Virus record (IMG/VR): IMGVR_UViG_3300044634_002329
Location: 55,986-119,985 of that record
Strand: one strand, 5' to 3'
DNA length: 64,000 nt
Origin: a virus
The position numbers and the translations under genes were made by a program. The first letter of the stretch is position 1, and every line of letters begins with the position of its first letter. The notes beneath the pieces were generated by a model. That model made no database searches. It was not told the DNA's origin and saw nothing but the letters and a program-made list of their open reading frames with translations. Shown piece by piece: positions 33,701-40,814 of this stretch.

Positions 33701-36700
33701 ATACATTACAAACTGGTTTTACATTTAAAGATAAAAATACAGGTTTAGATGAAGAAGGTGCAGATAAAGCATTTTCAGATGGAGCTCAAAATAAAATATT
33801 GTTTGGACCTTCAGGTATTAGAAAAACAATAAATGGAGAAACATCAGTAGATACATATAATCCAAATGTAACTACTAAATCTACTGATGTGGTTAAAGAA
33901 GTACATCCAGCACCTGAAAAATTAAGCCCAGGAGCTTTAAAGTTAATGGCAAGAAATACTAATCAAATCTTTGGTAAAAATCTTGATAGTACAGTAGATT
34001 TTGTAATATTCTATGCTCCTGAAACAAACAATCCTTTAAGACCTAAAGGTGGTACAGGACAAGCTGTAGAAATGGCTAGAAGAAAAGGTATCCCAACTAT
34101 TAATTTAGCTAATAGTAATTGGAGAGAAGAGTTAAAAACTGCACTTGCTAATAGATCTACTCAATCACCTACTAAAGTTGAAGTAAAAGCTTTTAGAACA
34201 TCAGGTACTTTTTCATCTACAGTAGACTATGCACAAAGAGGTTCCGGAACATATTATGCATTAGATAAACCATTTCAAGAACTAGGAAGAACAGATAAAG
34301 TTGAAGAAGTAAATGTATCTTATAACCCATCTAAAACTTTAGATGCAACAACTGAAGAAGGTCAATCTAAATTTATGGAGATTAAAAGAAAAGCTGTTGA
34401 AGGTAAAACTTTTGATGAAATAAAAGATTTAAATGATGCAGTTTCTCAAGAAATGATGAATAATGGATATGAGTCATTAATTGGTTGGATTGATGAAGAT
34501 GTACCTAATGTAGGTAGAGAACTTGTTATATATCCTACTCAATCATCTACTGATACAAACTATCAATTACCACAAAATAGAGAATTAGAAGAATACGTAG
34601 CATCTGAAAAAACTATTAGAGATTTAGCTGCTAGAATGTCTGATAGAATAGGTATACCTTTTATATTTGAATCTGATAGAACTAAAGAATATAAAGGTAA
34701 ATTAGAAAGTGATAGACAAGTATTAGATGCAGATCCTGAAGATGGAGTTACTTATGGAAATGTAAAAAATACTGCTTTTATTAATTTAGCTTATGCTACA
34801 TTAGATACTCCTATACATGAAATATTAGGCCACCCTATTATCAGAGCTATTAAAAATAATACAAAAGGGACTTTTTATGAACCTAAATATGACAATTCTT
34901 TAAATCAATGGGTTATTGAAGAACATAAAATTGATGATTATGATGTTCATTTTTTTAATACAAAAAAAGAAGCTGATGCTTTTTATAAAAGTAAACAAAG
35001 TCAACTTTATCAAAACTTACTTAAAGAACTTGAAACAGGTAAAGGTAAAGAAGTATTAGATAGAATTAAAAGAGATTATAATAAAAAATTTGAAAGAGGT
35101 AAATCATTTACATTTGAAGGTAAAGATTACATTGCAGATAATGCAAGTAAAACAGGTTATAGAGATAAATATGGAAATGATGTAGAGTCTAATGAGTTAG
35201 AAATTAGTTTATTTGCTTATGAATTAAAACATAAAGATAAAATTTATTATACTTTAGAAGAGCAACAAGAAGAAGCTCTTGTAGAACTTTTAGGTATGAT
35301 GACAGCTGGAAAACTTGATGCAGTTAAAGATGGTAATTTAATTTCTCTTTTAAAAAGACTTCTTAAAGAAATAAAAACTTTTGTAAAAGATCTTTTAAAA
35401 CAAAAAGAAATAGAAATAAATAAGTTACCTGATAATATGACATTAGGGGATATATCTGATATATTAGCTTATAGTAATTCTAAACTTATACTCCCTGGTA
35501 ATGAAGTAGAATATACTACTCCTGATAATCAAAAATTTAAAACTTATCAAGAAGCAAGTAATCATATTAGTCAATTAGTTAAAAATATTAAAGATGTTGA
35601 TTTAGATAATATTAAGATTGAAAATAAAGGTATTCCTAATCATTTTCAAAAAGATACGTATCAAGGAGACAGAGACTATACTGATTGGTATTCATTTAAT
35701 GATGGAAAATATTATGTAGAACGAGATGGACAAAATTATGAAGATGGTTTTAGTAGAACAAAAGAAATAACTAAACAAGAATTTGAACAAGCTTATATAG
35801 ATTCTCAAAACTATGGAGGAATGATTGGTAAAGGTACTATTGATTCTGATATTACTTCTTTTATAGCAAAAAATAAAGAATATGAACAATCTAAAGAAAT
35901 TATAGATGAATGGAAAAAAATAAATAATATTCAATATAAACCAGAAGAAATATATAGTAGAGGTCAAGAATTTACTTCAGTTGTTGGAGCTTATTCTGAT
36001 TTTGATGTAAATCTTATGATGCAAAATTTATTATCTCATATTGAAGATAATGAAAAAGCTGGAGGTAAATTTGCAATATCAGCATTTACTAAACCTATTG
36101 ATAAAAAAATATCACATCTAGAAGGGGGAGGAGGTAAAATTAAATTTAAAATTTATCCACAATCTCAAGATATTTTATGGGCTGCTAATATTGATGTATA
36201 TTCTGGTAGTGTTTGGGATGCTGCAGACAAAGTAAATAAAGATAAAAAATCTGAATTACTTGGAGTAAGTTATACTAAATATCCTTCATTAGACAATGTA
36301 AATGCTGTACAACCTAATTTAGCTTCTATTGTAGATGATTTAGCTCATCATCATAATGAATTAGGTATTTCTTTAACTGGTAATAACTTTAGATTAGAAT
36401 ATGATGATAATATTCCTAACACAACTAAAAAAATTATTGATAGTATTAATTCTATATTAGATCAAAAATATGGTAAAATAATTAAACCTGAAATTAAAAA
36501 ACAAGAACAACAAATAATAAAATATGGGTTATTTAGTAAAGGTGCTAATGATATTTTAGATGAGTTTAATACAAAAGAAGAAGCTCAAACTGCTGTAGAT
36601 TTTAATAATAAATTATTAATTGATGGAGGAGAGTCAGCAGACTATTCTGTAGTTCCAATTAAAAATATAGGTATTCAACCAACTCAAACTAAAAATAATA

Positions 36701-37551
36701 TAAAAGAAGATATTAAAGATGTTAGAGAAAAAATAAGAAAACAATATGATGAAACTATATTTCATAAATATAGTAAAGATGAATTAGAAATTGTTCCTTT
36801 TGAAGATCAAAAAGGTTATTTTATAATTCAAACTAAACAAAAAAATGCTAATGGTTATCCATTAGATGATACTATTAATATTTTTAAATCAGAAGATTTA
36901 GCTAAAGCACATATTGAAAAAAATTATAATGAATTAAAAACAATAAAACCTAAACCAGATTATACTACACAAGCTTTAATTAATACTAAAATAGCTGCAC
37001 TTAAAGAAATAGCTAAAAAATATCCAAGAACTTTAATTAGAAATGAAGTTAAACCTATAAATGAATTAAAATCATTTAATCAATTTGAAATAGATGAATT
37101 ACCATTTCAAAAATTAAAGTCTAAATCTTTTATTAATAATAATAATATATCACCTATAGAAAATGATCAAGAAATGTTTAACCAAATGGTTAAACAAAAC
37201 AATGGTCAATACCCTAAAAGATTTGAAAATCAAGGTAGAGTTTGGTTATTAAATGCAAATAACTTATATGATTCTATTGATGATGTATCTAAAAGTATCA
37301 TTATTAAAAACATGAATATGGTTACTGGACAAATTGAACCAGAAATAAAAACAGAAACACCAGTTAATCAAGAAGAATTATTTAATTTTATACAATCAAT
37401 TAATAATTCAATTTTAAATGAAGGGTTAGATGTAATATTAGCTAATAATGGAATAAATGTACAAGATATTCTTGATGAAGCTAGTAAAGTTACAACTCAA
37501 GAAGAATTAACTGATTTAGAAAATAATTTAAAGAAATACATATGTCGTTAG
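21781..37551 (+). CDS. Virion-packaged DNA-dependent RNA polymerase polyprotein (crAss/phi14:2 gp66-like) with zincin and multiple accessory domains
   Basis: Catalytic 'GSDYDGDKL' at 29281-29307 preceded by 'PRIP'; HEAWH...EEMLAEDF zincin motif at ~24367-24522. The true start is probably ATG 21781 (TAATG overlap) rather than TTG 21772. Confidence 0.85.
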   Translation: MITCPINDPEIVSLLYKLIVIKLNNFSSNETFDHEAFLKELYDEIADKTSPEVAAKYLQSVPRLLSLAAIKRFENIDIDTTALNKLSRKFKSETGIAEIIQTYSTDSDEELRRKIKEKEDAENKIPVESTSDQPVILLPTRFKAASAASGTLQQFVKVDPKKKGQHDEVIIETIDPELETTINVTNKINDLQNTTLPGEELKYQGKTLRLKVQDVVGFRKEYSDKLRKNDEESLKRSSAILAQGSKLGDVIPINAQSLLVITDDNGNFLYFDKDGNITDEANGNIVYQFLRPVRKDGKEYTVTNVYTTESSVATPEQIAQQTYDQNSDIDYDAYVKAIKQQQQEEFKALYGIQEQIKSGDKTSILLPITGVSSGVPSNLSSTIIYLNELSKFPGLDIASILTSINVITSDTASFKKGQTTVRINGGEFKINNPRMNEELMSEIAAMLMDPNPPASLKQIYLNQFIDTTKDTTRRIQFNSIDNTIELYKKTSTKNSSGTYTFGKVINRTIDLEKLKNNGYTEQERQDLEKDILQYLREGFKNGPTLININSSLIKNQKEFIRYNRDTKEPYSGDYLEFISSFPAEINLINADPGIYNRSIEFAFPGSFIDDLQKADKNLNNTEGENLSFEEILKRKEEEDNRNPVKVEARDIIANSKSEEFLNKVKNYPGNTNINPTDNFLLVAYFKAAIKEKNYTKEFANSIKNEIQSLLPLNPLSVEQVKMIEDEIDAIKEVPSPSQTQAEIKDQVEVPGAPDPINNATTNGMFTDNDIDDDIFKGLFRRGSKDEKIAREKVIAARTWWNSPELAPLRKVISLEHVANLVNSDVYASFITNASKIANPDGTLGKITANTAKGSVFQNLTIYHEAWHGFSQLFLSKQDKIDLYEELRNYTTPKGATPYATKSYLELEEMLAEDFRNYVKTGKAKASSPKRNTLFRRMVEFLKQLFGKGLKKFNNKDVLINSLNSPMAKELFDKLYIGDINKYTPLIDNSMFYSLDRGVPSVNNKRNVVLSKQDSTLAVSSIDGIFSQILNTINEKARVAGKSGAKGANIAVFLEPSRRAALYVQAKKELESKLKIEKDKLAKVEGIVNFSTLTTLQEIKDNAAGVFVNSEGKNKFIFLKSQIDDFTILEPSLKANGDRVKGEKYHGIKIVSDFYKHKTILNGKVPADIMVVTSMAQAEEQLKNYIDGNSKAYTKVIDNKLENPVLLTEDQEFIQDNIRILQTMLDNYGDENSGLVKYHMENSDFEISKTKYELDVIDENNDEAISENDLENSGRDIETFNDVKKHKQSLLQTMSKETTMLLKSLIKTDGNNVVKNRLGFPERVDFIKVFNIVAKTIGGVRDRELAYNLLKAEASKFPEIQQLIDFKYPDPNTKNSYEFDISRQFLQDFGKPKVTYKIVLAVPDEESGTIDFKLAEASLAISNITGRWQTEFVSASPSRYIKKTPDNESELNLQNILTDFSKKDELVISKAFDFAKAIGINLTVNDNIKSDFDSKLEYYGIPFMFNIVKDFAQIEQDLNNPATAASVSSAQKTFLNKFKANPIEVLRTAVPINILTTFPKGINENTQITRLAELQAKYGYDSATTGVITADGNTAYEDVNYSFMTGFVDAVNSVSNIRDLWTKNEYSHMAYLNPNTNTFTKNLRILNEIFDMHTGAKKPGKSLQLMNVNGTSQITEDENGNSNTEGTVTADLDPIGKGLQELHSMLGGGVSEFNRMSEKKNAYGLKVVGGIVGKTDPISYATKGADTDLYVDVIQFANNGNGEIYAINNHFLGYIQSEFDRIVKFKGNRREEYLNFTGFNNKVNDVNGVEKYAGEVFNDFDDILSKDTQNQLYALADQYANSNEVNIPLVQYLKTNSKLLKDIQTDITNYFDTVTEKYKTLYFDKLPYISKSILVKAGVPKEKLLTRKQVEEAQEDPKNIQTVLKAFMYNDWIHRFEVSSLMFGDRAQWNHGKEEQPKRIPGAQSDGIGFLYDQSSRDFINDVFNKTTETYGAKLTRESEDNTKYDSFKYSDVLNTAVIKDAQRESIYLAEYQAAWKKNYIEVNNYSEEEADRLVELDSKPFRKDKMDESDGIAYMTLDAYRTLHKTGRGWSVAQEALYQKVVAGETISTQDAKEFFPIYKLHYYGSLKNDLLPAMAMHKFSVAPLIPGVYPETSELGKLHKKMLKDNVQYVTFKSGSKAVTLTNGGNVDNLFANSNENSINEDFTFTVNPIFMANLKEVTVINEYYKKTLPIATQTRVIILDNLYNDGKLTNSDNAPLVNDYKNVVRDYSIVLKDELLNKIGYSLNEDGNYEGDITTFVQVLREELGNRDIPEQLLKLLNTTKEGKLSIDLSLHPQAETIEKLLLSIIQTTLIKQQTNGEPLTQMPSTFTNGIWDDQYKTLTNPADIERLLGTNTLPFYNINKTTGKTNLMKVAIALQGEYKNLLKAKDLDGNVIGTIDRLNELIKDDKWLEQNRDAISLFGPRIPNDATNTIEGAEVWHFFNESFGNAIILPTEIVAKAGSDYDGDKLFMSMPNVDKDGNYINKGIDNYDALLKETIALEKDGKLGKDRLKSGQLIELQKKYLQNLYLKKSIDLLTLPDNFGYLTKPNQTYLVEKYAEDLQKLGTGYNRYESATHGSPKKSVGPKDKQKDVVSPTRQNEISHQLYLHDANLSLEPSLGVQANFTKSHVLYKTVGVNMPATYTTSYTNFSVNRVIKSLIELPMVMRLKHNTAINEAGKEVISLSGEKTQLGTRITDINSHALNGILDRAKNSFPFDLKLVPEAINTLNYMLQAGVSEEEIFYFLTQPLIVEYIKDQKLRKSPYYSIVYGESKGSKTTASANAIIQNMINVKGVDFTSYLADINLLKLKATLESYAASAKKSKEAYNVKLKDESILYTLTPEEIINKINNGDIDPTTIKKIFNSNAKDAFEEVTESKELFTDKNYAFTTQAFSNAFLPEGIINIDFLKKHIKDSSSPAALTLFFNYLELEQQYEGMSELEKVFSPDKIKLTTAQQVIKREEAYKNLYENSKVDKASLERLTKQSVLSSFNQDKLILDLVTPLFPLRLSNEISSYITKLFNDPTESRKIRNKFGTGIDGQEFFTKKYQNAIVAYIYQNYMSRFVNADGTLTNIPESYNGKPVLVNNDINTNVIIDKDSIIINSDRVRTEYQRKVYLSANKNVGYTGDKFAKDPFNTLNSYYRYTIEKELLRTSIPIESLEQNKDFLNLLNTYNTADEAYESYISEKALANTYNRSYIVGTAKYSYTEKVLNIIKEFENTNLKDKYPILAQLAPVKTKKAVKLIQLNDKQIAKGVLGEIYINNLINLANPIIKKVDDPIDNQRISDVFKDFSLMMFYQHGVGNSKLGFVNAIDPEVYTESMTKFSQQFLNNYLSDDSLTDVYNMLMAPGNLFGNFEIKDVENEKPYSKADQLTPFELPGSTSPVANIPQNKISGVASFGSTVTANDEVIKVLGANAHSIDMIESGLRTRTTRSESEMAKYAVKVGDIIKHFGKSADGSTKTILAKVTAIHPKGTPGFKGTWNKEGWRSEDVNVIDRFKDGAAAIEFEIINNNQTPGSTSVNKKVIKNEKGLIIINNAIPTEKTIDIVKNNKDFIQETSFKQTNGSVSWGYGMQWIRSSALTDKQKQGVQIGKQIGGQEVTEEMVNQLLAGTEAKKIKGMPLYVYTNIDINGNRLPNIPNEIIEILLEQGIDVSQYDASYNSVYDKNDKGSLIVHQDNTEFNTSPIITVSLGRPMKFITYQLKDSSNYSFGTNAKNRYELTLNTISNKLVAGKLAPELKRQKNFKGDEVIGYGELTPGNLAKYAKMVGEESAALDALANSIEKIEEHTLTNGAVLVFSKENRNVFHEIIFDEETDALPMPKGFPELTINKAYKGLGKPDQMVKTKDYRVVLTLRKVNGTKELDVVDTNKLTASQPTQVPTPIQPISDIDNSNKPVLNSLPNKSSIPTMTYAGIGSRQTPQEVLNKMTEVAKYLDGLGYTLQTGFTFKDKNTGLDEEGADKAFSDGAQNKILFGPSGIRKTINGETSVDTYNPNVTTKSTDVVKEVHPAPEKLSPGALKLMARNTNQIFGKNLDSTVDFVIFYAPETNNPLRPKGGTGQAVEMARRKGIPTINLANSNWREELKTALANRSTQSPTKVEVKAFRTSGTFSSTVDYAQRGSGTYYALDKPFQELGRTDKVEEVNVSYNPSKTLDATTEEGQSKFMEIKRKAVEGKTFDEIKDLNDAVSQEMMNNGYESLIGWIDEDVPNVGRELVIYPTQSSTDTNYQLPQNRELEEYVASEKTIRDLAARMSDRIGIPFIFESDRTKEYKGKLESDRQVLDADPEDGVTYGNVKNTAFINLAYATLDTPIHEILGHPIIRAIKNNTKGTFYEPKYDNSLNQWVIEEHKIDDYDVHFFNTKKEADAFYKSKQSQLYQNLLKELETGKGKEVLDRIKRDYNKKFERGKSFTFEGKDYIADNASKTGYRDKYGNDVESNELEISLFAYELKHKDKIYYTLEEQQEEALVELLGMMTAGKLDAVKDGNLISLLKRLLKEIKTFVKDLLKQKEIEINKLPDNMTLGDISDILAYSNSKLILPGNEVEYTTPDNQKFKTYQEASNHISQLVKNIKDVDLDNIKIENKGIPNHFQKDTYQGDRDYTDWYSFNDGKYYVERDGQNYEDGFSRTKEITKQEFEQAYIDSQNYGGMIGKGTIDSDITSFIAKNKEYEQSKEIIDEWKKINNIQYKPEEIYSRGQEFTSVVGAYSDFDVNLMMQNLLSHIEDNEKAGGKFAISAFTKPIDKKISHLEGGGGKIKFKIYPQSQDILWAANIDVYSGSVWDAADKVNKDKKSELLGVSYTKYPSLDNVNAVQPNLASIVDDLAHHHNELGISLTGNNFRLEYDDNIPNTTKKIIDSINSILDQKYGKIIKPEIKKQEQQIIKYGLFSKGANDILDEFNTKEEAQTAVDFNNKLLIDGGESADYSVVPIKNIGIQPTQTKNNIKEDIKDVREKIRKQYDETIFHKYSKDELEIVPFEDQKGYFIIQTKQKNANGYPLDDTINIFKSEDLAKAHIEKNYNELKTIKPKPDYTTQALINTKIAALKEIAKKYPRTLIRNEVKPINELKSFNQFEIDELPFQKLKSKSFINNNNISPIENDQEMFNQMVKQNNGQYPKRFENQGRVWLLNANNLYDSIDDVSKSIIIKNMNMVTGQIEPEIKTETPVNQEELFNFIQSINNSILNEGLDVILANNGINVQDILDEASKVTTQEELTDLENNLKKYICR

Positions 37552-40500
37552 TATCATGCCCTATTAAGTCAAGTAAAGAATATCAAGACATCTTGGCTCA
37601 AGCTAATAATAATGAAGAGGAGGCTCTAAGACTTTGGAATGAAAATGAAAAGTTAAGAGACAATCCAGATCTTAATGAGACTACAGAAGAAACTACTGTA
37701 GAGGAAGAAGAAGATTCTCCATTTAAAGAGTTAATAGACAAAGTAATTTTATTTTTAAAGAAACAGTTAAATGATTTAAAAAAGAAAAAACTTGTTGATC
37801 AGACAGCTAAAGAAAAAAGTTTAGCTGAATTGATTGCAAATATTGAAGCTGCAGAAGGAGTTCAAAGTATAAATATTTTTATTGATGATGCTATTAAATT
37901 ATCTAGACAAGCAGAAGCTAGATTAAAAACAATATTAGCTAATAAAGAAAATCTTACACCACATCAAATGATAGAGCAATTGACTAGTGTAAATGACTTT
38001 ATTAAAGGTTATGCAATCATTGATGAAATAGATAAGGTTGATATTGAAGAATTCATGAATGATGAAACTTTAATTACTGGTATAGAATTAAGTAAAATGA
38101 ATCCTAAATCAAAAATTAAAGAAATCAAGTTAATCAAAGATGAAATCAATAAACAATATATTGAAAAAGGTATTCCCTTATTAGCAGAATTTCTTAGTGA
38201 TTTTTCTCCAGAAACTTTAAAAGAACAAGGAAGTAAACTAATAGAAACAGCTGAGAAAAAAATTCAAGAAATTGAAGCTTCTAGTAAAACACCTGAGCAA
38301 AAAGCAAAAGAAATAGCACCTCTTCAAGATAGAATAGATAATATTTTAAGATCAGGTGGTGATAAAGATTCTTTAATTAAATCTCTTAAAGAAGCTACTA
38401 AAGACCAAGGAGTATTAGATTTTTTATTGGCACCACTTATTAGTTCTCCAGATAGTGTATTAGCATTATTTGCTAAGAGTATTAAAAGAGCTTTGCAAAT
38501 GGCTGCATTAAAAGATATTGAATTTGAAAAAAAAATAACTCCGGAATTTCAAAAATATGCTAAAGCTAGAGGTTCACAACAAAATGTAAAAGAATTTAAT
38601 AAACCTCTATTTGAAGAAGTTGATTATGTTTATAAAGACAAAAATGGTAAAGAAGTTACTATTAAAAGAGCTGCATTTGTTCAAAAGTTTGATATGAATA
38701 AATATAATAAAGCTCAGTCTGAATTATACAAATCATTAGGAGAAAAACCTACAGATGCTAAATCATTAGGTGCATGGAAAAAAAGAAGAAATAATTGGTA
38801 TAGACTTAATACACAATCTGTTAGTAAAGAAAAAATTGCAGAAATTGATCAAGCTAAGAAAAAAGAATTAACTGATAAAATCATTACTGCAGAAGAATAT
38901 CAAACATGGTTAGATGAAGACAGAGTAAAAGAAATTACAGAACCATCTGATCAATATCTTAATGATAAATGGCTGGCTTTATATAATATAGATGGTACCC
39001 CTAAAAATAAACTAGGAGATCATCATAAATTTTTATTAGATCAATATTTATCAGATCAAAAAAAACTACCTGTATCACAAAGACCAAACTTTTTTGTACC
39101 ATCAATTGAAAAAACAGATGCAGATAGATTAACTAGTAATTCTACAAAAGAATTTTTAAAAGATAAAATAACAGATCAATTTAAACTTAAATCATATGAT
39201 GCAGCATCTGGTATTACATCTTTATCAAATGAAGATGCTAGATTTATACCTGTATACTATAATCAAGTAATGGATATTAATGATGTAAGTTTAGACTTAA
39301 CTAGATCTATCATGATGTTTCATTCAATGACAAATAAATATGAAGCATTAAATAACTATCATGGTGAGATATCATTAATGAAAGCTGTTATTGGAAATAG
39401 AGAAGTAGCTAAAACAAATAGTAAAGGTAAAGCAATCATAGATGCATTTGCAGAAAAAAATGGACTTACAGATTTTATTAAAAAAAATGGAGAAAGTTAT
39501 TCTGAAAAACACTTAAATGCATTTATAGATATGGTTGTATATGGTGAGATGCAGAAAGCTGAAGATATTTTTGGTATCTCAGCAACTAAGCTGACTAACT
39601 CAATTATGGGATTTTCTGCTATAACTACTATATCAATGGATGTTTTAAAAGGTACAGCTAATTCTATACAAGCAAACATTCAAGTATTAATTGAAGCAAA
39701 CTCTGGTGAGTTCTTTGGTAAGAAAAATTTAGCAAAAGGTAAAGCAAAGTTTTGGAGTAAAGCTGCTCCTGCAATGGTATCTGATTGGGGAAAACCAACT
39801 CCTACTAGTTTGTATGGTCAACTACATCAATTGTATGACCCAATGCAAGGAAGATATAAAGATCAATATGGTAAAAATGTAACAGCTACAACGGCTAATA
39901 AATTGATTAGAACAGATACTTTATTTTTCAATCAGCATTTTGGAGAACTTGAAATAGCAACTACTACATTATATGCATTAATGGATAATACCATGGTAAA
40001 AACAAATGATGGTAGAGAGATTACATTATTAGCTGCATATGAAGAGTTTGGTGTAAATGATATATTTGATAAAACAGATTTTACTTTAAACAAACAACTT
40101 GATTTACAAGATAGAATACATGCTTTAAATAAAAGAATGCATGGAGTCTATAATGATTTTGATAAAGGTACAGCACAAAGGTTTTCATTAGGAAGAGTAG
40201 CTCTAATGTATAGAAAACATGTTGTACCAGGATATACTAGAAGGTTTAAAAAACTAGGAGCAGATCAAGAATTAGGTGCATATACTGAGGGTTATTATAG
40301 AGTTTTTTACGATACTGTTTTAAAAGATTTAACCAAATTTAAATTCAATATAGTTAAAAACTGGTCAACTTATGATTCATTTGAACAAGCTAATATTAAA
40401 AGAGTAATTGCTGAAATGGGTATTATAGCTTCAACAGCATTAATTATCATGATACTAGAAGCTGCTGGAGATGATGATGAGGATTTAAAAACTAATTTTG

Positions 40501-40808
40501 CTTATAACTTCTTATTATATGAAGCAATAAGAATGAGATCAGAAACATCTTCTTATATCTGGCTTCCTGATGCTTACCGTATTGTAAAATCACCTTCAGC
40601 TATTACCGGTACATTAGATAGAACTATAAAATTTATGGGTCAAATAATGCCTTGGAATATCACTGAAGAATATGAAAGAAAAACAGGAATATGGAATGCC
40701 GGTGATAATAAAGCATGGGCATACTTTTTAAGATTAATGGGTTATTCTGGATACAATTTAACTCCAGAAGAAGCAATCAAAAGTTTCAAATCTACATTCG
40801 TTAAATAA
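37542..40808 (+). CDS. Large cargo/ejection protein (last of the giant-gene cluster)
   Basis: 1088 aa, helical, with a C-terminal hydrophobic segment (MGIIASTALIIMILEAAG) followed by DDDED, as in crAss ejection proteins. Confidence 0.6.
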   Translation: MSLVSCPIKSSKEYQDILAQANNNEEEALRLWNENEKLRDNPDLNETTEETTVEEEEDSPFKELIDKVILFLKKQLNDLKKKKLVDQTAKEKSLAELIANIEAAEGVQSINIFIDDAIKLSRQAEARLKTILANKENLTPHQMIEQLTSVNDFIKGYAIIDEIDKVDIEEFMNDETLITGIELSKMNPKSKIKEIKLIKDEINKQYIEKGIPLLAEFLSDFSPETLKEQGSKLIETAEKKIQEIEASSKTPEQKAKEIAPLQDRIDNILRSGGDKDSLIKSLKEATKDQGVLDFLLAPLISSPDSVLALFAKSIKRALQMAALKDIEFEKKITPEFQKYAKARGSQQNVKEFNKPLFEEVDYVYKDKNGKEVTIKRAAFVQKFDMNKYNKAQSELYKSLGEKPTDAKSLGAWKKRRNNWYRLNTQSVSKEKIAEIDQAKKKELTDKIITAEEYQTWLDEDRVKEITEPSDQYLNDKWLALYNIDGTPKNKLGDHHKFLLDQYLSDQKKLPVSQRPNFFVPSIEKTDADRLTSNSTKEFLKDKITDQFKLKSYDAASGITSLSNEDARFIPVYYNQVMDINDVSLDLTRSIMMFHSMTNKYEALNNYHGEISLMKAVIGNREVAKTNSKGKAIIDAFAEKNGLTDFIKKNGESYSEKHLNAFIDMVVYGEMQKAEDIFGISATKLTNSIMGFSAITTISMDVLKGTANSIQANIQVLIEANSGEFFGKKNLAKGKAKFWSKAAPAMVSDWGKPTPTSLYGQLHQLYDPMQGRYKDQYGKNVTATTANKLIRTDTLFFNQHFGELEIATTTLYALMDNTMVKTNDGREITLLAAYEEFGVNDIFDKTDFTLNKQLDLQDRIHALNKRMHGVYNDFDKGTAQRFSLGRVALMYRKHVVPGYTRRFKKLGADQELGAYTEGYYRVFYDTVLKDLTKFKFNIVKNWSTYDSFEQANIKRVIAEMGIIASTALIIMILEAAGDDDEDLKTNFAYNFLLYEAIRMRSETSSYIWLPDAYRIVKSPSAITGTLDRTIKFMGQIMPWNITEEYERKTGIWNAGDNKAWAYFLRLMGYSGYNLTPEEAIKSFKSTFVK

Positions 40809-40814
40809 CACACA

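Noticed and set aside
6852-39679. Short antisense or alternate-frame ORFs inside the large + strand genes (e.g. 8987-9346, 19036-19338, 25962-26243, 35692-35967)
   Set aside because: Fully nested in long genes, with biased F/I/L/S composition typical of shadow ORFs in AT-rich DNA.
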